DNA of 24,000 nucleotides. Origin: Nocardioides sp. JS614 (GTDB taxonomy: Bacteria; Actinomycetota; Actinomycetes; Propionibacteriales; Nocardioidaceae). The position numbers and the translations under genes are program-made. Below, one piece after another: positions 11,488-17,945 of the stretch (position 1 is its first letter; the number at the start of each line of letters is the position of its first letter). The stretch is from the NCBI RefSeq assembly GCF_000015265.1, contig NC_008699.1:4070121-4094120 (forward strand). The letters are read 5' to 3'. The notes under the pieces were generated by a model, which saw nothing but the letters and a program-made list of their open reading frames with translations, did not search any database and was not told the DNA's origin.

Positions 11488-12074
11488 GACTCGGCGCCGA
11501 CCATCCGGAGGGCGAGCAGGCGGTAGTGGGCGGCGACCTCGTCGGGGGCCCAGCGCCCCTCGTCGCGGTACCAGCGGGCGACGTCGATGCCCAGGGACAA
11601 GATGGCGAGGGCCGTCATCCGGGGGTCGGGCGTGGTGAAGACGCCAGCGGCGACGCCACGGTCGAGCACGTCACGCAGCACCAGGTCGATCTCGTGGCGG
11701 ATCGCGAGGACCTCGGCATGGTGCTCGGGACTGAGCGCGGCGAGCTCGTAGTTGATCACCCGCGCCCCGGTGTGCGCCTCGGCGTGGTCGCGCACGAAGT
11801 CCTCGACCAGCTGACCGAGCTGGGCCACGGGGTCGGACAGCGGCGCCACCGACGCGCGCACCAGCTCCAGCACTCGCAGGTGCCCCACGCGCGCGAGCTC
11901 GAAGAGCAGCTCCTCCTTGGAGCGGTGGTGGACGTAGAGCGCGGCCGGGCTCATCCCGGCGCTGGTCGAGATGTCGCGCGTGGTCGTCCCGTGGAAGCCG
12001 CGCACGGCGAACGCGTCCACGGCGGCGGCCGCGAGCCGGGTCCGGGCATCGGGAACGGGGCTGGACGCGCTCAT
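11475..12074 (-). CDS. TetR-family transcriptional regulator
   Basis: TetR N-terminal HTH: RTRLAAAAVDAFAVRGFHGTTTRDISTSAGMSPAALYVHHRSKEELL. Start ATG 12074 (MSASSPVPD...) was chosen because TACCAT lies 7 nt upstream, a leaderless-type arrangement. Alternatives are ATG 12083 and TTG 12110. It is divergent from the SDR operon. Confidence 0.85.
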   Translation of the reverse strand: MSASSPVPDARTRLAAAAVDAFAVRGFHGTTTRDISTSAGMSPAALYVHHRSKEELLFELARVGHLRVLELVRASVAPLSDPVAQLGQLVEDFVRDHAEAHTGARVINYELAALSPEHHAEVLAIRHEIDLVLRDVLDRGVAAGVFTTPDPRMTALAILSLGIDVARWYRDEGRWAPDEVAAHYRLLALRMVGAESPRP

Positions 12075-12085
12075 GTCCAACATGG

Positions 12086-12103
12086 TAAGCAAGCGCTTAG
12101 CTA
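12086..12103. promoter_or_regulatory. nested palindromes TAAGCAAGCGCTTAGCTA (candidate TetR operator)
   Basis: TAAGC-N4-GCTTA inverted repeat overlaps the perfect palindromes AAGCGCTT and TAGCTA. It is the AT-richest patch of the tetR / SDR divergent region and lies between the TTGCTC (-35-like) and TACCAT (-10-like) hexamers of the putative tetR promoter. Confidence 0.4.
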
Positions 12104-12130
12104 GGAGCAAGCCAGGACGCAGGAGGACAC

Positions 12131-12883
12131 GTGCAAGGACTCGCCGGCAAGGTCGCGATCGTGACCGGGGCCAGCCGCGGCATCGGGCTGGGCATCGCTC
12201 AGCGCCTCGTGGACGAGGGCGCCAAGGTGTGTGTGACGGCGCGCAAGCAGGAGGCGCTCGACGCGGCCGTCGAGAGCCTGGGCGGCGCGGAGCACGCGAT
12301 CGCCGTGGCCGGCAAGGCCGACGACCCAGCGCACCGCGAGGACGCCGTACGCCGCACCATCGAGACGTTCGGCAGCCTCGACCTGCTGGTCAACAACGCC
12401 GGCATCAACCCGGTGCTCGCCCACCTCGTCGACATCGACCTCGACGCCGCCCGCAAGATCGTCGAGGTCAACGCGCTCGGTGCGCTCGCCTGGGTGCAGT
12501 CGGCCCACCGCGCCTGGATGGCCGAGCACGGCGGCGCCGTCGTCAACATCTCGTCCGTGTCCGGGGTCCGCCCGGCGCCGGGCATCGCGATGTACGGCGC
12601 GTCCAAGGCGATGATGATCAGCCTCACCGAGTCGCTCGCGGTCGAGCTCGGCCCGTCGGTCCGCGTCAACGCGGTCGCCCCGGCGATCGTGAAGACCCAG
12701 TTCGCGGGCCCGCTCTTCGAGGGCCGGGAGGACGAGGTCGCGGCGAGCTACCCGCTCCAGCGGCTCGGCGTGCCCGAGGACATCGCGGGGGCGGTGGCGT
12801 TCCTGCTCTCCGACGACGCGTCCTGGGTCACCGGGCAGACGATCACCCTCGACGGCGGCGTGACCCTCACCGGCGGGCTGTGA
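12131..12883 (+). CDS. SDR-family oxidoreductase (FabG-like, classical SDR)
   Basis: GTG 12131 is preceded by AGGAGGA. Cofactor motif TGASRGIGLG, NNAG, and catalytic Ser in NISSVSG plus YGASK (YxxxK). Confidence 0.9.
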   Translation: MQGLAGKVAIVTGASRGIGLGIAQRLVDEGAKVCVTARKQEALDAAVESLGGAEHAIAVAGKADDPAHREDAVRRTIETFGSLDLLVNNAGINPVLAHLVDIDLDAARKIVEVNALGALAWVQSAHRAWMAEHGGAVVNISSVSGVRPAPGIAMYGASKAMMISLTESLAVELGPSVRVNAVAPAIVKTQFAGPLFEGREDEVAASYPLQRLGVPEDIAGAVAFLLSDDASWVTGQTITLDGGVTLTGGL

Positions 12884-13701
12884 TGCACGAGCGACTGGAC
12901 GGCCGCGGCGTGGTCGTCACCGGCGCCGGCCGCGGCATCGGCCGCGCACTCGCGCGCCGGCTCGCCGCCGAGGGCGCCCGCGTCGTCGTCAACGACCTCG
13001 ACCCGGCGAGCGCCGAGGCCGTCGCCGCGGAGGTCGGGGGCGTCGCGGTGCCCGGCGACGCCTCGTCCGCCGACGGCGTCGCGGCGCTGGTCGAGCGCGC
13101 CACGGAGGCGCTCGGTCGCATCGACGTCTACTGCGCCAACGCCGGCATCGACGGCGCCGGCGGCCTGGGTGGGGTCGACAGCCTGCAGACCTCCGACGAG
13201 CACTGGCAGCGGATCCTCGAGGTCAACGTGCTGGCGCACGTGCGCGCCGCCCGGCTGCTGGTCCCGCGCTGGCTGGAGTCCGGCGGCGGCCGGTTCGTGG
13301 TCACGGCCTCCGCGGCGGGACTACTGACGATGATCGGCAGCGCGCCGTACTCCGTCACCAAGCACGCCGCTGTGGGCTTCGCGGAGTGGCTCTCGGTGAC
13401 CTACGGCCACCGCGGGATCGTCGTGCAGGCGATCTGCCCGCAGGGGGTGCGCACGCAGATGCTGGAGGACGCCGGACCGCTGCAGGAGCTGCTCTCCCAC
13501 GACGTCGCGCTCGAGCCCGAGCAGGTGGCCGACGCGTGGGTCGCCTCGCTCGAGGACGATCGGTTCCTGGTGCTCCCCCATCCGGAGGTCGCCGGCTACT
13601 ACGCCGCCCGTGCCGCCGACACCGACCGGTGGCTGGCCGGCATGCGCCGCCTCCAGCACAAGGTCGACGAGGCACTCGACCGGAGCGGACGGCCGGCGTG
13701 A
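12883..13701 (+). CDS. SDR-family oxidoreductase with C-terminal extension
   Basis: ATG 12883 shares one base with the upstream TGA (TGATG). Motifs TGAGRGIGRA, ANAG and YSVTKHA (YxxxK). The ~60-aa C-terminal tail is not typical of minimal SDRs. Confidence 0.88.
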   Translation: MHERLDGRGVVVTGAGRGIGRALARRLAAEGARVVVNDLDPASAEAVAAEVGGVAVPGDASSADGVAALVERATEALGRIDVYCANAGIDGAGGLGGVDSLQTSDEHWQRILEVNVLAHVRAARLLVPRWLESGGGRFVVTASAAGLLTMIGSAPYSVTKHAAVGFAEWLSVTYGHRGIVVQAICPQGVRTQMLEDAGPLQELLSHDVALEPEQVADAWVASLEDDRFLVLPHPEVAGYYAARAADTDRWLAGMRRLQHKVDEALDRSGRPA

Positions 13702-14750
13702 GCGACCTGCAGACCCACGGCCTCCCCGGTCTCGACCTGGTCGCCTTCCGCCGGTGGTATGACGAGCAGCGACCCGGCGAGATCGCCGGCGAGCTGCGCG
13801 CCCGGGTGATCGCCGGCGGCCGCTCGAACCTCACCTACGAGGTCACCGACGGCGACTCCTGGTGGATCGTGCGGCGGCCGCCGCTCGGGCACGTCCAGGC
13901 GACCGCCCACGACATGGGCCGCGAGTACACCGCGATGAGCGCGCTGGCGGACACGGCCGTGCCGGTCCCGACCACCTACGCGCACTGCCCCGACCCCGAG
14001 GTCCTCGGCGCCCCGTTCTACGTGATGGAGCGGGTCGCGGGCACGGCGTACCGCTCGGTCGCGCAGCTCGCGCCGCTCGGCCCGGAGCGCACCGCCACCA
14101 TCGCCGGCCGGATGATCGTGGTGCTGGCCACCCTGCACGCGGTCGAACCCGCGTCGGTCGGGCTCGCGGAGTTCGGCCGGCCCGAGGGTTTCCTCGAGCG
14201 GCAGGTCCGGCGGTGGGGCCAGCAGCTCGCGGGGTCCAAGACGACCGATCGCCCGGACGCCGACGAGCTGCACCGCCGCCTCGCCGCACGAGTGCCCGAG
14301 GACGACGACGACTGGGTCGGGATCGTGCACGGCGACTACCGCCTCGACAACCTGCTCGTCTGCACCGACGACCGCATCAAGGCGGTCGTGGACTGGGAGA
14401 TGGCCACCCTCGGCGACGCCCGCACCGACCTCGCACTGCTGCTGGTCTACGACCGGCTGGCCGAGCTGCCGGCGGCCGGGCTGGTGTCCGACGTGAGCAC
14501 GGCGCCCGGCTACCCGACCGGTGAGGAGCACCTCGCGCGGTACGCCGCAGCGCGCGGCCGCGATCTCGGCGACCTGAGATCCGGCATGAGGTTCCACCTC
14601 GGGCTGGCCTACTTCAAGCTCGCGGTGATCCTCGAGGGCATCCACTACCGCTTCCTGCAAGGAGCCACGGTCGGCGACGGCTTCGACCAGATCGGCACCG
14701 GCTTCGACCCCCTGATCACAGCAGGGCTTTCTGCCCTCGGAGAGGACTGA
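13698..14750 (+). CDS. APH/ChoK-family phosphotransferase (ACAD10/11 N-terminal-domain-like, LvaA-like)
   Basis: GTG 13698 forms a GTGA overlap with the SDR stop. Kinase catalytic loop IVHGDYRLDNLLV and metal-binding VVDWEM. It has the N-terminal ...RVIAGGRSNLTYEV and C-terminal LAYFKLAVILEGI typical of the phosphotransferases encoded next to FadE2-like dehydrogenases. Confidence 0.85.
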   Translation: MSDLQTHGLPGLDLVAFRRWYDEQRPGEIAGELRARVIAGGRSNLTYEVTDGDSWWIVRRPPLGHVQATAHDMGREYTAMSALADTAVPVPTTYAHCPDPEVLGAPFYVMERVAGTAYRSVAQLAPLGPERTATIAGRMIVVLATLHAVEPASVGLAEFGRPEGFLERQVRRWGQQLAGSKTTDRPDADELHRRLAARVPEDDDDWVGIVHGDYRLDNLLVCTDDRIKAVVDWEMATLGDARTDLALLLVYDRLAELPAAGLVSDVSTAPGYPTGEEHLARYAAARGRDLGDLRSGMRFHLGLAYFKLAVILEGIHYRFLQGATVGDGFDQIGTGFDPLITAGLSALGED

Positions 14751-14751
14751 G

Positions 14752-15975
14752 ATGGACTTCGGACACGACGACAAGACCGCCGAGCTGATCGCGAGGCTCG
14801 AGACGTTCATGGCGGAGCGGATCGTGCCGTCCGCGCCGCTCTTCCACGAGCAGCTCGGACAGCTCGAGGACCGCTGGGCCTGGACGGAGACGCCGGTGCT
14901 CAAGGAGCTGCAGGCCGAGGCCCGCGGCCTCGGGCTGTGGAACCTCTTCCTGCCCCACGAGCACGCCGACTCCCCGGGGCTGACCAACCTGCAGTACGCA
15001 CCGCTCGCCGAGATCACCGGCCGCCTGGGCCACCTGGCGCCGGCCACGCTCAACTGCGCGGCGCCCGACACCGGCAACATGGAGGTGCTCTCGCTGTTCG
15101 GCACGGCGGAGCAGAAGGAGCGCTGGCTCCAGCCGCTGCTGGCCGGCGACATCCGCTCGGCGTTCGCGATGACCGAGCCGGACGTCGCGTCGTCGGACGC
15201 GACCAACATCGAGACCCGGATCGAGCGCGACGGCGACGAGTACGTCATCAACGGCCGCAAGTGGTGGATCACCGGCGCGATGAACCCGCACGCCGAGATC
15301 TTCATCGTGATGGGCAAGACCGACCCGTCCGCGTCCCGGCACCGCCAGCAGAGCATGGTCCTGGTGCCGCGGGACACCCCGGGCGTGGTGGTGAAGCGGG
15401 GCATGGAGGTGTTCGGGTACGACGACCACGAGCACGGCGGCCACGCCGAGCTGGAGTTCCACGACGTCCGCGTGCCGGTCACCAACCTCATCGGCGAGGA
15501 GGGTGCCGGGTTCGCGATCGCGCAGGCGCGACTCGGCCCCGGACGCATCCACCACTGCATGCGCGCCATCGGGGTCGCCGAGGCCGCGATCGAGCTGATG
15601 AGCCGGCGCGCGTCGTCGCGGGTCGCGTTCGGCCGCCCGCTGGCCGACCAGGGCGTGGTGCGCGGGTGGATCGCCGAGTCTCGGGTCCGCGTCGAGCAGC
15701 TGCGGCTGCTGGTGCTCAAGACCGCGTGGCTGATGGACACCATCGGCAACCGTGGCGCCCACACCGAGATCCAGGCGATCAAGATCGCCACCCCCGAGAC
15801 CGTCCAGTGGATCCTCGACAAGGCGATCCAGGTGCACGGCGGCGGCGGGCTGTCCCAGGACTTCCCGCTCGCCTACGCGTACGCCCAGGTCCGCACGCTG
15901 CGCTTCGCCGACGGGCCCGACGAGGTGCACAAGAGCTCACTGGCCAAGGCCGAGATCGCCCGCTGGAAGGACTGA
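14752..15975 (+). CDS. acyl-CoA dehydrogenase family protein, ACAD10/11 (FadE2)-type
   Basis: ATG 14752 lies 1 nt after the kinase stop, with a GAGAGGA SD. ACAD fold motifs are AFAMTEPDVASSDATN and GRKWWITGA. The segment that normally holds the catalytic base reads LRFADGPDEVH rather than the usual YEGT-type motif, as in the ACAD10/11 branch. Confidence 0.9.
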   Translation: MDFGHDDKTAELIARLETFMAERIVPSAPLFHEQLGQLEDRWAWTETPVLKELQAEARGLGLWNLFLPHEHADSPGLTNLQYAPLAEITGRLGHLAPATLNCAAPDTGNMEVLSLFGTAEQKERWLQPLLAGDIRSAFAMTEPDVASSDATNIETRIERDGDEYVINGRKWWITGAMNPHAEIFIVMGKTDPSASRHRQQSMVLVPRDTPGVVVKRGMEVFGYDDHEHGGHAELEFHDVRVPVTNLIGEEGAGFAIAQARLGPGRIHHCMRAIGVAEAAIELMSRRASSRVAFGRPLADQGVVRGWIAESRVRVEQLRLLVLKTAWLMDTIGNRGAHTEIQAIKIATPETVQWILDKAIQVHGGGGLSQDFPLAYAYAQVRTLRFADGPDEVHKSSLAKAEIARWKD

Positions 15976-15979
15976 GGCC

Positions 15980-16111
15980 ATGGACCTCAGCCGCAGCGAG
16001 GAGCAGCAGGCGTTCCGCACGCTCGTGCGTGACTTCCTCGACCGTGCGGCGGTCCCGCCGCACCGCACCGCCCGGGACCGCGCCGAGACCGGCGTCCGCG
16101 CGTTCGTCTGA
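15980..16111 (+). pseudogene. 43-codon remnant of a second acyl-CoA dehydrogenase (N-terminal helix only)
   Basis: MDLSRSEEQQAFRTLVRDFLDRAAV... matches the stereotyped ACAD N-terminus (M-D/E-F/L-x-L/R-S/T-EEQQ-x-F/L-R-x-x-V-R-D-F). It then degenerates (PPHRTARDRAETGVRAFV) and stops. It begins 4 nt after the intact ACAD stop. Confidence 0.45.
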
Positions 16112-16143
16112 CGTCTCACACCTTCCGATCGCCGAGGAGTCCC

Positions 16144-17076
16144 ATGACCGTCGACCCGCAGATCGCCGCCTTGCTCGAGTTCATCGCCTCGGTCGAGGCC
16201 AAGCCGATGTCCGAGGGCACCCCGGAGGAGGCCCGCCAGGGCTTCCGCACGCTGACCGTCGACCTGCGCGACCCGGCCGCCGTGCCCGCCGTGCGCTCGG
16301 TCGAGGAGACCACCGTGCCGGGCGCCGCAGGTGACCTGCCCGCCCGCGTCTACCGGCCCGGGCTCGACGGTCCGCTCCCGACGATCGTGCTGCTGCACGG
16401 CGGCGGGTTCGTGATCGGCGACCTCGACACGCACGACATCACCGCCCGCACGTTGGCCAACGGCTGTGCGGCAGTCGTGGTCTCGGTCGACTACCGGCTG
16501 GCGCCCGAGCATCCGTTCCCGGCGCCCGTGGACGACGCCGTCGCGGCCGCCCGCCACGTCGCGGACCACCTCGCCGACTTCGGTGGCGACGACCGGGTCG
16601 CGCTCGCCGGTGACAGCGCCGGCGGCAACCTCTCGGCCGTCGTCGCGCAGGCGTTCCGCGAGGAGGGCCGTCCGCTCGCCGGGCAGCTCCTGATCTACCC
16701 GGTCACGGACATGACCGGCGAGTACCCCTCCCACACCGAGAACGCCGAGGGCCTCTTCCTCGACCTCGCGACCATGGCCTGGTTCCAGCAGCAGTACGCC
16801 GGCCACCTCGCCGACCTCGCCGACCCGCGACTGTCCCCGCTGCTCGGCGACCTGCACGGGCTGGCGCCCGCCGTGGTGGTGGTCGCGGAGCTCGACCCGC
16901 TGCGCGACGACGGCCTCGCCTACGCCACCGCGCTCGCGGCCGCAGGCGTGCCCGTCGAGGTGCGCAGGTTCCCCGGGCTGGTGCACGGCTTCGTCGACAT
17001 GGGCCGCCACTCCGAGGCCGCCCAGCGGGCACTCGACGAGACCTGCGCGCTGTTCCGGGCGGTGCTGCACGGCTGA
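16144..17076 (+). CDS. alpha/beta hydrolase, hormone-sensitive-lipase (family IV) esterase
   Basis: HGGGF oxyanion motif (LLHGGGFVIG), nucleophile elbow GDSAGGN, acid in ELDPLRDDG and His in LVHGFV. GAGGAG SD lies upstream of ATG 16144. Confidence 0.9.
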   Translation: MTVDPQIAALLEFIASVEAKPMSEGTPEEARQGFRTLTVDLRDPAAVPAVRSVEETTVPGAAGDLPARVYRPGLDGPLPTIVLLHGGGFVIGDLDTHDITARTLANGCAAVVVSVDYRLAPEHPFPAPVDDAVAAARHVADHLADFGGDDRVALAGDSAGGNLSAVVAQAFREEGRPLAGQLLIYPVTDMTGEYPSHTENAEGLFLDLATMAWFQQQYAGHLADLADPRLSPLLGDLHGLAPAVVVVAELDPLRDDGLAYATALAAAGVPVEVRRFPGLVHGFVDMGRHSEAAQRALDETCALFRAVLHG

Positions 17077-17088
17077 CGCGGGTGCGGG

Positions 17089-17354
17089 TCAGCTGCCGAC
17101 CGTGCCGATCGCCGTCCCGATCAGGAGCGCGAGCAGGAACGCCGGGCCGCCACGCTCGCCCGCCCCTGGAACCTCCCCGGAGAACCCCTGGGACACCGTG
17201 ACGTGGTCGACGTCCCCGCGCGCCACGGCCGTGCGCGGGTCCTCGGGCTCGTGGTCCGCTCCCCGGCGACGAGCCCGAGGACGACCAGGCCGAGGCACGC
17301 TCCGAGCAGCGTCCACCCGGCGACCCGAGCGGTCCACGATCCCGCCGGATGCAC
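17089..17354 (-). pseudogene. possible small two-TM membrane protein gene interrupted by a frameshift at a G4 run (C-run 17261-17264 on the plus strand)
   Basis: Upstream of the run, one minus frame is GC3-rich and encodes VHPAGSWTARVAGWTLLGACLGLVVLGLVAG. Downstream, the best GC3 and most natural composition move to another frame: ADHEPEDPRTAVARGDVDHVTVSQGFSGEVPGAGERGGPAFLLALLIGTAIGTVGS*. A fifth G would join them into about 88 aa. Confidence 0.25.
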
Positions 17355-17449
17355 GGCGACGCCCGACGGAGCAGCCGGGCCTCGACGGCCCCACCGGTCC
17401 TCCCCCGAGCTGCCACGCTCGCACGGTGGGCGCGATCCGCAGGGCGCGA

Positions 17450-17476
17450 TGTCGAGAACGCCGAGGTCGCGCCGTC
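17450..17476 (+). promoter_or_regulatory. ECF-type promoter candidate TGTCGA-N17-CGTC upstream of the DGPF gene
   Basis: TGTCGA (17450-17455), a 17-nt spacer, then CGTC (17473-17476), 50 nt upstream of ATG 17527. As I recall, this matches the signature proposed for ECF42 sigma factors upstream of DGPF genes. Confidence 0.4.
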
Positions 17477-17526
17477 CCAGGGGTGTGCCACCACAATGGC
17501 GGCACCGGACCCGAGGAGAGATCACG

Positions 17527-17931
17527 ATGGCGAAGTACCTGCTGCTCAAGCACTACCGCGGCCCGAAGCCGCTCGACTGCGCACCGATGGACGAGTGGAC
17601 GCCGCAGGAGGTCGACGCGCACATGGCGTTCATGGGCCACGTGGCCGACCAGCTGCGCGAGCGCGGCGAGTTCGTCGACGCGCAGGCCCTGTCGCCGGAC
17701 GGCGCGTGGGTGCGCTTCGACGGGGACGGCCGGCCGCCGGTCACCGACGGCCCGTTCGCGGAGACCAAGGACCTGATCGCCGGCTGGATGGTGATCGACG
17801 TCGACTCCGTCGAGCGCGCCCACGAGGCCGCGGCGTACCTCTCGTCGGCGCCGGGCCCGGGCGGCGAGCCGATCCGGGAGTGGATCGAGGTGCGGCCGTT
17901 CCTGGAGCAGCCGCAGGCCGTCACCGAGTGA
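17527..17931 (+). CDS. YCII-superfamily DGPF-domain protein
   Basis: 134 aa, with GAGGAGAG SD 6 nt upstream. It contains the eponymous motif in PPVTDGPFAETKDLIAGWMVIDV. It sits directly upstream of an ECF sigma gene. Confidence 0.85.
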   Translation: MAKYLLLKHYRGPKPLDCAPMDEWTPQEVDAHMAFMGHVADQLRERGEFVDAQALSPDGAWVRFDGDGRPPVTDGPFAETKDLIAGWMVIDVDSVERAHEAAAYLSSAPGPGGEPIREWIEVRPFLEQPQAVTE

Positions 17932-17945
17932 TCGACTGATCGCCG

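Noticed and set aside
13599-15930. 740-aa and 404-aa minus-strand ORFs opposite the kinase and ACAD genes
   Set aside because: The reasoning is the same as above. They are low-complexity Ser/Arg/Pro-rich translations antisense to strongly supported plus-strand genes with coupled start/stop codons.
15980-16111. The 43-aa ORF as an LvaB-like small kinase partner
   Set aside because: It lies after the ACAD rather than between the kinase and the ACAD. Its sequence is clearly an ACAD N-terminal helix, not an independent small-protein family.
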